64,000 nucleotides of DNA from assembly GCA_964016885.1 (NCBI GenBank), contig OZ024740.1, positions 303,552,001 to 303,616,000 of the forward strand, read 5' to 3'. The position numbers and the translations under genes are program-made. Under the pieces are notes generated by a model. The model ran no database searches and was not told the DNA's origin. It saw only the letters and a list, made by a program, of their open reading frames with translations. Below are positions 41,326-54,816 of the stretch, one piece after another; position 1 is the first letter of the stretch, and every line of letters starts with the position of its first letter. The DNA is from Eledone cirrhosa. Its lineage: Eukaryota.

Positions 41326-42268
41326 AATTGCCAGTTTGGAGAATTATTAGATAAAATATACCAAATCTTTCTTCTCCCTAGTCCATAGAAATCAACTAGA
41401 TAAATAATCATTTAAACGGGGCTATAAGTTTAAAATGTAACTATGAAGAAATAATAGACTAATGATACAGACTATTTTCCACGAAGAACAGTCAGATAAA
41501 ATTTATCTAGTCTGTTCTCTTAGCCCATAGAAATTAACTAGACAAATAATCAAAGTCTCAAATATAATTTAGAAGAAAAAATGCATATAAACTTTACCAA
41601 AATTCCTCTAGTTCCGACTATCGATAGTTTCGCCCGATGCATGTGTGTGCATGTGTCTTCTTTACCCACTTATTCCTGAGAGGATCATGGGGGCTGAGAC
41701 CTCAAACACTTCTTCCAGCAGCTTCTGTCAGAAGCAACCATTTCCAACTGATCCGGCAGCCAAGCTAATGGATGTTATTCAACCATCTTGCTCAGATTTT
41801 ACCCTCGAGTCTCCAGTTGGTTGGTTTTGCCCATAAATTCTGTCTAGTGATTCTTTCCTAAGACATTCTAACCACATGCCCATAATAAACCTCCTCCCCA
41901 CCCAACACTCATTTACTACCAACAAATTCCTAACCTTGAAATATATATTTTAATATTAACAACACTCCCACTGCCCCCACCCTCCTAAAAAACACACACA
42001 CACATTAACCAAAAACTTAAATGTAAAACTTTCTCCAGTACAGTTCTGTATGAGCAAGATATGGTCACTTGATCTGACTTGTCTCAAATAGGACAACTCG
42101 TCTAACCTATGTTAGCATGGAAAAATGGACATTAAACAGTGAAGATGATGATGGTGGTGATGACTAAAAGGTTTCTGTCATTAAGAAATAACTTAATGAA
42201 ATATGAAGTTAAGTAAATTGAATTCCTACTTTAGTTTCTCTATTAAATGTCTTCATGTTGTGTTTCAG

Positions 42269-42422
42269 AAATCCTTGGTGCTCTTGTTTCTGTCATCTTC
42301 ATATGGGTGGTCACAGCCATTCTGGTTTACCTAGCTATCTTGAGAGTTATGACTGCAGACTATGAGATAAATGCTACCATTATGATAATTACTTCAGCAG
42401 TAGGAATCTTCATCAATATCTT
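42269..42422 (+). CDS. SLC30A2: Zinc transporter ZnT2/3/8-like exon, TM3-TM4 ((E)ILGALVSVIFIWVVTAILVYLAILRVMTADYEINATIMIITSAVGIFINI)
   Basis: tgtttcag| acceptor, |gtaagt donor. EILGAL.SV..IWVVT is the SLC30A2/3/8 signature. The exact paralogue cannot be resolved. Confidence 0.92.
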
Positions 42423-43230
42423 GTAAGTGATTAATATTTGCTTTTATTTATTTCTTATAAAACCTTTCCATACAAACCTGATTTCTATATACACAAGATT
42501 GCTGAGTGGATAAGTTATTGAATTACTATTGTTGATGTATGCAAATGAAAAGGTGGTTAGTGTAAGGAAGGGCATCCAGCTGTAAAAACACAGCCAAAAT
42601 GCAGTGCCATTTTTGAACAAGGTATGGCACAGGTGAACTAGCCAGACTTGCTTCATAACATGGACCATCTGTCTAACCCATGCAAGTATGGAAAATAAGA
42701 CATTAAACAGTGATGATGATGAAACAAAATAACAAACAGCACAGTATAATGAATAAATATATTAGTTTATTGCTTTATATAGTAGGCAAAGAGTATTTAT
42801 GTTTTGGACACTAGTCTTTCATCAGAAGATAGAATGAGATATAAAAGGTGAAATAGAAAAATCAAGAGTGAGAAGAGGAAGAAATGGGGAAAAAAATGTT
42901 TGAGAAAAAGCACATGTCTATTCAGTTAGCCATTATTATTTTGTGTTTGCCGAGGTTGACTTTGCTTTTCATCCTTACGGGGTCAATAAAATAAAGTACC
43001 AGTAATGCACTGGGTAATTGCTGGCCTTGTGCCAAAATTAGAAACAATTATTTTGTGTTTGTGGATGCAATGCTTTATTAAACAGTACCTCAATTCAGTT
43101 CACCTAACTGGCACCAGATCCTGTGGTAGATTAGGACCCTATCCAAGGAGAGATTCATTTCTCATTTGTTTAATGTTATGAAACAAGAGCTGACCACCAT
43201 CACTTAAACCTAGCTTAAGTTTTTTTTTAA

Positions 43231-43447
43231 CCCTTTAGTTACCAACCCAGTCAAAACTAGCTCTGGTTCTATGAAATAAAATCATCCATTTAAAGGTTTC
43301 CAATTTAAATTAATATCTTCCAACATAATTTTATATAAGAACCTTACATTTACTGTCTTAGTATTGAAATAATTAATGATTTTAGCAAATCCCTCAAAAT
43401 TCTTTATTTATTAATTAAAATGCAATAGAAATACATTCATGAAAGAG
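43231..43447. mobile_element. Degenerate piggyBac-type MITE
   Basis: TTAA|CCCTTTAGTTAC ... TGAAAGAG|TTAA. Confidence 0.5.
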
Positions 43448-43711
43448 TTAAGACATTGTAAAATATATTTTTTACCATATAAACAAACATGTCAACTTAA
43501 ACTCCCTTTAATGGTGAGCTAATAACTAATTGTTATTTTACAATTTAACGATGGCTACAAAGAGTAGACAGTCTTATTGTTACTGACATTATTATAAGCT
43601 TTAAGTATCAATGGATCTCAGTTCAAATTCTGTCATGCTCTATTTGTCTCTTTGTGCACTTCTGCTGACATTTAGCCATTTAGATATCAGAGACTTTCTG
43701 TTTATTTAAAC

Positions 43712-45406
43712 CACAGGTTCTCAACCCATTTAGGCCAAACGCCCCCTTTTGTCCCTCGAAATCACGAAACGCCCCTACCCTATTTTTCCATTTTTCAATA
43801 TACTACTGATTTTAATATCAGTAGATTACTAAAAAATTGATTAACAATATTCCAAAGATACCATTGCAGGCAGCTGAGAGTATAAATACATTCCTTGAAA
43901 GGAAATATATAAATTTCAAAAAAAGGAACATAAATGTTCTTTTTTATGAATAAGGACCAGTTGAATTTGTTATATTCCCACCAGGCAATACCAGCTATTT
44001 TGAATATTTATACAAGAGCAACTCTGTCTATCCCAAGTGTGCTCTTATCTGGAAGAAAGTGGCAATTATATAATTTTAAAGCTTTCCAATTTTCCCTTTA
44101 ATGAAATGGACAGAATAAATGTTGATATCTAACTTGATGTCCCCTCTGCTTTGTGAGCTTAGAGACCACGGAAGAGGGTTTTCATGACCACGCGGGAGGG
44201 TATATTTATTAGTAAATGGTAAAATATATACAACAAATGAGTAAGTGAATTGTAGTAGATGGTTTCCAGTCCAGTCAGACTGCAACTACAAATAAAAAAA
44301 TTGTTAGTTTGCTTTGTAACAATAGCATATCCAAGTTTTCGGATAAATCAACTTACTTTAACTTTGACCTCATTTCAATGGGACCCTTGAGCTTCATGGT
44401 GTCTAGCTAACTCTTTGACGTGAGGCTGAATTTTCCTAAGATGTAGCCAGAGATCTCCACATGTAATTACATTGTAGCGGTTGCGAGACTTACTGTGCAG
44501 TCTGGAAACAGCACCAAACCTCCTCTCGACTAAGTATGAGCTTGGAAAAGGCAGAGCAAATCTCTTAGCCTCTGCATGTAAGTGTGGAAATCAACGCTGA
44601 ATTTCCTCTTGCATCCCAAAAAGACGTTCACCTATTTTGGGAAATCTAATTTTGATCATGTCATCTGCTTGAGTTCAATGAATTCTTCCTGAAATTTAAC
44701 GTCCAAATCATCGACGTTAGCTATGAAGGGATCTGCTATCCACATTGGGATGTCCATTGGCAAAAGGTCGACAAACCGTTCTCTCATGTTGTCTTGTAGC
44801 TCACGGAGGTGAGTGGTATAAATTTGGAGTTGGTCATCGCTTACAATGTTTTGAACATTGGCGACACTAGGAAAATTATAGAATTCCCATTAACAAAGAT
44901 TCCTTTTGATGACATTCAATTTGGCCAGGAATGTTTTCACAGCATTCCTTGCTTTAAGCAAGGTGATCTTCTTCCCCTGCAAAGCCAAAATGATGCTATT
45001 GCATTTGTCGAAGATGTTGGTGAGGTAGGCGCAGTCTTGCCTCACATCGAGGGTTTTCTTGTACAGTTCTGTGTTGCGTCCTCGCAGAAACTCAATGATA
45101 GTCGAAGAGTTCAAAGAAGTGAGTAAAGCACTTGCCCTTTGAAAGCCACCTCACCTCAGTATGAAGGAGCAACTTGACAAATTCTTCGTCATTATCTTGG
45201 CACAGTTGCCGGAAAATTCGTTCATTGAGGGAATGCCGTTTGATAAAATTGATGACATCAATTGATAAAATTGCTGAGTTTCTTCGCAGCTTAGTGTTGT
45301 CGATGAATGACACAATGAACAGCAAATACAGATAGATTTTCTCTCTTCAGAAGAGTGACGAAGCCCTTATGTTGGCCGACCATTGCTCTTGCGTCATCCG
45401 TAGCAC
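43712..45406 (-). pseudogene. hAT (Buster/Charlie-type) transposase remnant with one TIR
   Basis: Minus strand CATDDARAMVG, FAVHCVIHR, LLLHTEVRWLSKGK and LPFPSSYLVER motifs with frameshifts. caggttctcaacc end at about 43713. Confidence 0.88.
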
Positions 45407-45417
45407 ATGATACAATG

Positions 45418-45697
45418 TGTGTTGTATATGGTCCTAGATGTATGTATTACCTGCCTGTGTGTTGTATGTAGTCCTAGATGTATGTATTGCCTGCTTATGT
45501 ATTGCATGTGGTCCCAGCTGTATGTATTACCTGCTTGTGTGTTGTATGTGGTCCTAGATGTGTGTATTACCTCCTTATGTGTTGTATGTGGTCCTAGATG
45601 TGTGTATTACCTGCTTATGTGTTGTATGTGGTCCTAGATGTGTGTATTATCTGATTATGTGTTGTATGTGGTCCTAGATGTGTGTGCTACCCGCTTC
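45418..45697. repeat. 40-bp minisatellite, 7 copies
   Basis: gtcctagatg recurs at 45431, 45471 ... 45671. Unit tgtgttgtatgtggtcctagatgtgtgtattacctgctta. Confidence 0.95.
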
Positions 45698-46142
45698 TGT
45701 TTTTTCTTTTCTTTTTTTTATTTGTAATATTATTTATACAATAGGGAATAAAATAGATCTACATAGTGTTAACTCGTTACGGTTGAGTCCAGCATTAGGT
45801 ATAGGGTTGATTCAATTGACTAGCTCTTATATTTACAAATTGACTTGTACATTCTTAAAAATGCATGACATTGAACCTAAGACTTGTTGAAATATTTATT
45901 TTGCAAATATTATTACCAAGGCTCTGTAGAATATACTGGGCAATATAAATATCAACACATAACATATATAAGTATAGAGAAATATGTTTTTATATTTATG
46001 GCAAATAATAATACACATGTATGAAGCAAAAGTTCTATTAGACTCAAAGCCTTATGAGCCTCAAAACATGAAAAAGAAGGATATTCTGATTGGGGAAAAT
46101 TTCATGAGAAATAAGTTTACAAGGTGGTTTAGAAATAAGTCA

Positions 46143-47267
46143 CATCATCATCATCATCATCATCATCGTTTAACATCTATCTTCCGCGCTAGCATGGGTT
46201 TAGACGGGAATTTCCCACTTGAGGCAAGATTGGTTGTCTTGCTCGTATAGGACTGTCTGGCAGGTTTTCTACACCAACCACGTTTATAGTGTGGACTGGG
46301 AGGTTTTTACCGTGTTGCCTACACGGCCACATTACAGCGTGGACTGTGTGTTTTTTTGTTGTGACACCTACACGACCTCATTTATTTAGGACTGAATGTT
46401 GTGGTACCAACATAACTTTACAGAGAAAGGGGTAGGGTTAGTGGGATGGGGTGTATTTTTGGTTAAGAGGTGCCTACTGACTGCTTTGTACTTAGGCAAG
46501 GCGGGTCTTCTGTATTACGCCAAAGATCTCGGTCCAGTGACATTGTCTTGGAGAGGTGTAAGTGTGTAAGGTCGGAATTTATCAAATCGTCCCAGGTTTT
46601 TCTGGGTCTACCTACTCCGTAGCTTCCATCTATTTTGATCGCCCTGCACTTTTTTATACAGCTGTCGTCTTTCATGTGCATCACATGACCATACCAACGT
46701 AGTCTTCTCTCGAGTAAATAGCATCTGATCCCTCTTATTCCTAATTTCTCACTTAGTTCATTTATTCTTTTGCCGTTCACGTATATTACTATTACACATC
46801 CAACGGAGCATGCAAGCTTCGTTCCTCTCCAGTCTGCACAGATCCTCTGCACACAATGCCCATGTCTCACTGCCATGTAACATTGCTGTTCGTATGCAGA
46901 CATCATACAGTCTGTCTTTCATTTTTAGAGAGAACCCTTTAGCGGCCAATAGTGGTATAAGCTATCTGAACTTTTTCCATCCCGTTCTGACTCTGGCTAC
47001 TGTACATTCAGAGCACCCTCCACCACTGCTGATTTTGTCACCCAGGTAACGGAAGGTGTCCACTATTTCTATAGAACCATCTGTGCAATGGAATGAGCTA
47101 GTATTCTGTGGGCACTTGCTACTTATTGCACCTGAGCACCGGCCACATATAAAATCTATGTTCTTAGTTAGCTTACCTGTGATCCCACTACATCTTTTAT
47201 GCACCCATACTTTGCATTTGGAACATAAAATGGAGTTTCTGCCTACTCCTTTCCTACACACTGAGCA
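46143..47267 (-). mobile_element. Older 5'-truncated RTE family 1 (copy F)
   Basis: PHD and RT thumb, 3'UTR with deletions, (ATC)n tail. More diverged than copies A-E. Confidence 0.93.
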
Positions 47268-48158
47268 CATAAAATAGAATAGAAATCTTGTGGTTATAAA
47301 ACAAAGATGTGTGCATGTGTTTGTGTGTGTATACATGTGTGCTTGCACGTGTGTGCATGCATACATTATGAAAGGACAGACAAGGAAAGCATGTTTACAT
47401 ACAAAGCTGTATGTGTGTGCACAACAAAAATATGAGTTCCCGTCTTCAACACAAAATGTGAAGAGTTGGATGGTGAAATATACTGCCAGTCAATGAAAAG
47501 ATTAGTTTTTAGCATGCAGTGTAAATATTCTTCAGAAATAAGTTTAAATATAATGTAGGAAAATCTTGTTCTGGTTAAACACTTCATTTTCATATGATTT
47601 GCTGTTCTAACAGTCTCAGTGTTTACTATTATAACTAGGTATGGAATAACTTGGTGTTATGTGCCAACTCATATTGACAACTTGTTGATGACATGGAGTA
47701 TTTTTTCTAAATAGAACTGTATGAGATAGTCTGCTGCAATCAATCAAGAAGGTTGAGTGTCTTTCTTAAAAGAATGAATGTGGAGATTGTTGTGGTGAGA
47801 GCATGCCTTGCTGACAGACTAAGTATCTGGGGGCAAATGACAAACTCTGGTCTGATAACTAAAATGTTTTTATTATCATCTAAATGCACCCCCCCCCCCC
47901 CCCCTGCAACATTGACTGCAAATGAAAACAGCAATAGCTGATTGGTTAAAAGTCATTTAGTCACATTGTTTTTTTTTATCATCAAAAATTATTGGCGAAA
48001 GACCATGTAAAACTTATTGTTATGGATGGTAATGTGCAGAGTTCGATTCCTGGAGAGGAATGAACCACTACATCCCCATGTATCATAAATAAATTGTTGT
48101 CTTATTGCATTCAAAACAAAGTGAACAATACCTTTCATGTGTCTTCTAATTTATGTAG

Positions 48159-48420
48159 GATTGCACTTGTTTTACACAAGAATTCACATGGTCACAGCCA
48201 TGGATTAAACCATAGCCACAATGATGAGGAGGATCGATTACTTGGCAGTTCTACAAATTATGGTTCCAGTAAAGATATGTCTGTGGAAGAAGAAGAAGAA
48301 AATCAAAAAAATCAAAAAGATCATAAAAACATAAATATCAAAGCTGCATTCATTCATGTAATAGGAGATATGTTACAGAGTGTAGGAGTACTTATTGCTG
48401 CATATATTATATACTTTAAG
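48159..48420 (+). CDS. SLC30A2: ZnT exon: His-rich loop and TM5 (HGHSHG...NINIKAAFIHVIGDMLQSVGVLIAAYIIYFK)
   Basis: tgtag| acceptor, AAG|gtgagt donor, phase compatible with the previous exon (TT+G). HxxxD zinc site (HVIGD) intact. Confidence 0.95.
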
Positions 48421-50861
48421 GTGAGTCCCTCACTTTTTGTTTCAACGCATTTTTGCCAAGATACAAATTTATTTATTCCAGTACCATAGAATTCTGAAGT
48501 TCTGGAGTTGATAAATTTTTCAAAGAGAAGACATTTTTTGCAGCTGTTTCTCCTTCTTCACCTGCTTTTTTTCTTTTTCTTCTTTTTCTTTTTCTTTTTC
48601 TTTTCTTTTTTCTTTCTTTTTTCTTTTTCTTTCTTTTTTTCTTTTTTTTCCTCCTCCTTCCACCTGTTCTTGAGAGGGTGGCGGGGGCAGAGTCCTCAAT
48701 CATCTGCCAAGTCACAACATGGACCTCAGACAAATAATACTTTCCTTAAAATGTGGGCAGTGCAAGGCTGATTTTTGTATGACACCAAATCTTACAAAGA
48801 AAAGAGTGTCTTTGGAGTAACGTTGCTTGATAGTGCATAACTCAGAGATCAGTCACTCTAGGTAGAGCTACTACTTCTCCAAATTGAGAAATCACAACTT
48901 TGGTATTATGGGCTTGTGGTTAAAATGGTTGCTTCTGGCTGGAAGGAGTGTTTGAGGACTCTGTCCCAGTTTCCTTGCAGGAATAAGTTGGCAAAGAAGA
49001 AGGACCAAATCTTGCAATGCATTCCCTGCCCACTAGCTAAGCTTAAACTGTTTAGATTGAGTTAACTTCATTCAAGTCTATCTTCAGTGGGATGATAGAG
49101 CTATATGCTGAATGGCGAGAGTACATTGGGGGAAGTAGAGGCAATATCTGCAATGAAACCAAAGTAAAAAGACACAATGCCAAGAATGAAATAAAATTAG
49201 TACAGTCACCAAGTCATTAAACAGTGTGATTTGACCAGCTGTGTAATTGATATAGATAAGTTACCTTTATGGGAGTAAAATGTGCTTATCTCCTCTCAGG
49301 TCTTGAATAATAGGAGGAGGGGGGATAAGGTAAGTTGGAAAATCAATAATTTTTCTAGGTTGTCTCCATTGATTTTTTTTTTTTTTTTTTTTTTTTTAAA
49401 CCAGAATTACTTGTTTAGTTCACATATTGAGACCCCAACCCATCCTATTTATTTTATAATGTCTGGGATTTCTAGTAATGTACTTTCTTGTCATGTATAA
49501 TGTCTAAAGAAAATTGTCACAGGAATGCTACCACTTAAAATAAAATTTTGCCAGTGATAGATTAGTAAAATTCAATAAGCAAGAGGATGATTATTCGAGA
49601 GAGTAGATAAGTTACTTTTATGGAAGTAAGATGTGCTTAACTAGATAGCATTTTATGGTTATGTTAGATTCCCACTTGTACCCAGTTTCCTTTTGTTTAT
49701 ATTCCAAAGTTATGCCGAAAACATGTTGTTCTATGTTGCTTTTGATCAACTGACAGCACCAAATAGCTTTTAAGATATCATGACTCTTTTTTTTTTAATA
49801 AATTTAAAGTAAACTGAGCATAATCAATGTTAAATATTGTGTCTCATTCAAAAATATTATAAAGTATTCAATACTGAGAGGGTGAGGGTGAAGAAAGCGG
49901 AGAGATAGAGAGAAATAAGTAGCAGGAGTGATAGTCATATACCCATATCTTTATTATTTATGACAACTGATTGTCAAGGTTTTTTGTAAAGTTGTCATGT
50001 TATTTTTTTTTTTTTACACTTCAACAGCTTTTTCTACCTCACCCCCCCCCCCCCCTCCTTGTTGCTATGACAAAACTGTTAGCATTCCATTCTTCTGATG
50101 AAAAGGAAGGTGAAGATTTGAATTAAGAGACACTGTTTGGGGGGGGGGGGGGAGAACAGGAAAGGGCTGTCAACAGCAGTAATAGTAATGAAAGGCAAAG
50201 TTAACTTCGTTGGGATTTGAACTCAGAATGGCAAGGGCCGTAACTCTGTGTCAAAGCATGGCGTCCAACCCTCTACCGGTACTGCTAATCATTAGATAAT
50301 AATAAAAAGTCTAGATAATAATAATTAAAAACAATTCTCATCTAATCCATGCTAGCATGGAAAATGGACATTAAAACAATGATGATGATGATTTAGTTAA
50401 ATAAGATATATAAAATAAATATTTACAAAATGAAAATATAACACAAATATAAACACATATAATAAATACAGTTAATTATTGCTAGGAACTATCAAATAAC
50501 TATTTTTTCCAGCCTGTGGCGTTCAAGATGTTTGGTTGAGTTGGGCTGCTGACAGCGAAGTTCTTGTCATCGTTAGTGGCTCACTTAAACGAGGTATCTG
50601 GTGATGCCCATGTAAGTGCTTGGTTGTTTCAGGGCCTTAGCCTCACCATCATCCACAGTAATGCTGTGTGTTGGCTTGCCTAAAAAGTTTCTGTTGACTC
50701 TTGTGATGTGTGGCCGATTGTCACACTTATTGTTTAATTGATGGTTGTTTTTGTTTTGGGTTTTTTTTTTCTCTCACTGTAATCATATATTTTTGTCCAT
50801 TATATTTGTGAGGTTCCTACCAATAGTTAATTGTATTTATTATATGTGTTTATAAAATAGG

Positions 50862-51072
50862 GCGGTGGATTAGTAGAATCGTTAGTATCGGAGAAAATGC
50901 TTTGTTGCATTTATTCCAGCTCTTTATGCGCTGAGTTCAAATCCTGCCCAGGTCTACTTTGCCTTTCATCCTTTCACGGTCGATAAAATAAAGCACCAGT
51001 CCTGTACTGGGGTCAATGTAATGACCTTTCCCCACCCACAAATTGTGGCCTTGTGCCTAAATCAGAAACCAT
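50862..51072 (+). mobile_element. Meta-domain tRNA SINE
   Basis: ggcggtggattagtagaatcgttag...gagttcaaatcc...gcctttcatcctttcacggtcgataaa. Confidence 0.8.
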
Positions 51073-51477
51073 TATATGTGTTTATATTTTCATTTTATGT
51101 GTGCATCGGCTTGCAACTAGCTAATTCATAGAAGCACAGGCCATGTAGTAGCAATAGAATTGACAGAATGGATGTACTTCAGTTTGTTTTAACCATTGTG
51201 GGCATGGTCATGCTGGAGTACCACCTTAAATATACCTACTTTTTAACAGTAATGCATATAATAAAAAATGTCTAGTTTATATAACTGAATAATTGCCATT
51301 GTCTTTGCACACTCACTCATGTCTCCACCTATTACACACACTTATACTTATGCAATATACATTTTATGTATCTGTGTATACTTAACTTTTAACATCCTAT
51401 ACCACATTAGCAAGGCATTCTCAATAAGTACAAAACAGCACTATAACTGTATCACATGAAAAATTAAAATTTTTGCC

Positions 51478-51790
51478 CTAATATTGCAGATTTTTGTTAC
51501 AATCTGTCAGTAAAGATACTATAAACATTTGAATTAACAAACCTGTTTTTAGATATTTTCAGCTAAATCATTACAGGAAATCGAAATATGATATTGCAAA
51601 TTTTCACAATCTGTCTACTAATAAAGTTACTATAAACATTTGAATTAACAAACCTATTTTTAGGTATGTTCTGCTAAATCATTACAGGATGCCCTAATAT
51701 TACAGATTTTTTGCCACAATCTGCCCAATAGTAACAATATTATAAACATTTGAATTAACAAACCCATTTTAGATATTTTCTGCTAAATTA
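51478..51790. repeat. ~110-bp tandem triplication
   Basis: tataaacatttgaattaacaaacc recurs at about 51520, 51630 and 51740. Confidence 0.85.
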
Positions 51791-51815
51791 TATTTTTCTC
51801 TCTTTCTCTCTTCAG

Positions 51816-51921
51816 CCACAATACAAAATAGCTGACCCCATATGTACATTCTTATTCTCAGTATTTGTATTTATTTCAACAGTTAGCATATTACGTGACA
51901 TTGTTAATGTATTAATGGAAG
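51816..51921 (+). CDS. SLC30A2: ZnT exon, TM6 ([35 protein letters not shown])
   Basis: Long pyrimidine tract, ttcag| acceptor, G|gtaagc donor. ADPICTF.FS and LME motifs. Confidence 0.95.
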
Positions 51922-54168
51922 GTAAGCTTTTCTTTTTCTTTTCCATTATTGCTCTTGTTTATTTGTGGTTTGCCTAAGAAGGAGTGCTATGTTCATGACC
52001 TTTATAGAGACCCTAGACTTAGGGGATTAATGCAACTGATGTTCAGCTTAAAATTTTTAGGTTGATAGCTTTAGAGAGGAAGTTCCAGAACAAAGATGTT
52101 CTACAGAGGATGGATTGGAGAAAGTGATTAGCGCAAAGCCTTATGTGATGTCAAATGGAGAGTGGCAGGTGGGCCTGGATTGAAGTGGCTTGCAACTAGT
52201 TAGCTCATAGAATCACAGGCCTTGTAGTAGCAATAGAATTGACAGAAATAGAAGACAATATATTTGTGAGTTAGGAGTTTGTAGTCTATTGGTTATCCCT
52301 TCCACCCACCACCTTTTACCCTGTCAAATCCCCTCCATTCTAACGTCTGTCTCAAGCCCAGAGGCTGATGTTTATCTCAGTTTCCTTGGCATTAAGCCAC
52401 TGAAAGGATATGATGCTGAAAATGAGTACTACACAAAAAAACCTGAAGTGTTTTTAAGTGGTACTCATTTTCAGCTGAGTATATTGGTGCAACATGAAAT
52501 GAAATGTTTTGCTCAAGAACATAACACACAACATGGACTGGGAATCGATCATATGTCCAACATCCTAACCAATAGGCCACAAGCCTTCACATTATATTAA
52601 AAGACAGCAAATTAGCAGAAGATGCCTTATTGGTATTTATTCTGGCTTTTTGGATTCGGATTTCAAATCCCACTTAGGTCAACTTTGGTTTAAACCTTCT
52701 GGGGTTGATGAAGTACTAATCAAAGGCAGTAGACTTTAGCAGAGTAAACTCTATTGCAAGTATTCAGGCCAGGTCCCCAGTTTAAGGATACCGTCCTCAC
52801 ACCTTTCCACTAGTCTCTCAGATGTTCTAAAAAAAAGTTCTTAGCTCCAGACTTTGATTAAAGAGAAAAAACTAAACACACACACACCTGCACTGCACTG
52901 CACTGCACTTATCCTATTGTAAAAAGTGTACATATTTAGACATACATACTTACACGATGGCTGCATCTCAATTTCCAGAATTGCCATCTCTTCATCCTTT
53001 TCTCATACATCAGTGGCACAAACATGACTTTTTTAGCCTTGCCAAGGATTTATATTCCTTTTTACATATGCTGCAACAAAAAAAAAAAAACCTTTTTCAT
53101 CTATAGCCAGCCATTCTTATGCAGCACAGTGGAAGACATTTTTTAAGTGAAGATAGATTTACACTGGACCAATCTCAATCTCTAACCAACAGTGACAGGT
53201 ATCCAAAAAGAGTATAGGTTGCCATCAAGTCACTGATTTTATATCAGTTTCTGATTCCTGGTGGGCTAACCATGCATTCGGGCACCAAACCAAGTATTTC
53301 TGTGTCCCCACATATACATACATGATGGCTGCCCCCTCGTTATCGAGTATGGCCATTGCACAATATAACATTATTAATAATTATTAATTAATACTATCGT
53401 GCAATGCTTGTGCGTGAACATTTTTTTTTAAAATGAGGAAAGACTGTGCACCAAGCCAATCCCGCTCTCTGAGCGACAGTAGCTATAAACCGAAAAGAAG
53501 AAAAGATCAACATCATCGGTAACTACTGAGCTGCAGGTTTTATATCGGAGTTATCCCAGTTCCCTGAGTTGCCTTCTCCTAGAAGAATGCACTGGGAAAG
53601 GCTAGGGGTCTTTCATTCCCAATGGTTTAACCACGCGATCAGGTATCCAGCCTGATTGTTTTTATTCCCCCCACACACACTTTTACACTCTTATTTCAAC
53701 TCCATTGCTTATTTAATTTTTGCTAATCTATCTCCAGCGAAATTTTATTTTAAATGGTAGCATTCCTGCAACAATTAGTTTTCTTTAGACATTAAAAAAC
53801 ATGACAAAGAAAATACATCCCATACGTTATAGAAATTGTTTAAATATTCTATGTTCTTCTCTATCATCTTTGCACTTTGTCACTTGTCTATAACATTTAC
53901 AACCTAAGCCTTTATATATACTGTGTGTGGAAGATGGACGTTAAACGATGATGATGATGTGTTATATGTGCTTATGTATTTGTGTGTGTGAAATATTTTG
54001 TATAAAATATATTTGGTAGATGTCAAGTGAATTTCTCTTTCTGACAAATTTATCAATTGTGTTTAATGAAATTTCTAATGTTAACATACTAAAATCAATG
54101 AAACAATTATTTCTTGCAAAGTAAAAAATGAAATTCAAGACATTTTATTTTCTTGTCTATTTTTCTAG

Positions 54169-54303
54169 GTGTCCCAAAACGCCTCAAATTTTCTCAGGTG
54201 AAAGATTTATTGAATAATATTCCAGGTGTGAAAGCAATCCATAATTTGAGGCTTTGGTGTTTGACTACCAATAAAATAGCCTTATCTGTCCATTTAGCCA
54301 TTG
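54169..54303 (+). CDS. SLC30A2: ZnT exon, cytosolic C-terminal domain (GVPKRLKFSQVKDLLNNIPGVKAIHNLRLWCLTTNKIALSVHLAI)
   Basis: ttttctag| acceptor, G|gtaagt donor, 135 nt. GV..IH.L..W.LT....LSVH motif. Confidence 0.95.
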
Positions 54304-54816
54304 GTAAGTAAACCTGACATTTTAAAATTACTAGTGTTTTAGTTATTTTTACTATTGCCCTGGTGTCTAATTGTCTCATAATACGCAGTAGCTAATGCAA
54401 TGTTCATCAGTTTAATTAGATGAGCACTAGTGACTTCGCAGATGATTGACTATTAATTCGATAATGGGTTGGCACAACTGCTCCAGTTAGCAGAGAAATC
54501 TAAAAGAATGCAGGTGTCGTGAGCCACATATATTCTAGCCACCAGAAAAAGCAAAATGAATGCTTCACCTTCAGCAGAGGGATGCCTAACTGACACAAAC
54601 CCATGCATATTTGAGGGTATAAACCAACTAAAATATTTGATTGGTACATACATTATCCTGGAACAACAAAGGCAAAGCTGACTTATATAGGATTTGAACT
54701 CAAAATGTAAAGGAGTTTAAATATATCCACATAGCATTTTGTCCAGTGCCCTACAAATTCTGCCATTTGCCATTATTTGTCATTTCTCTTTGTTAATAAT
54801 GTATATTATCATAAGT

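Noticed and set aside
45418-45697. Regular 40-bp repeats resembling a CRISPR array
   Set aside because: Head-to-tail units with no unique spacers, no cas genes and a eukaryotic context. It is a minisatellite.
48473-48771. Poly-Lys/Arg and poly-Phe ORFs (also 9795-9977, 62558-62920)
   Set aside because: They are translations of degenerate (GAA)n/(TTC)n LINE tails.
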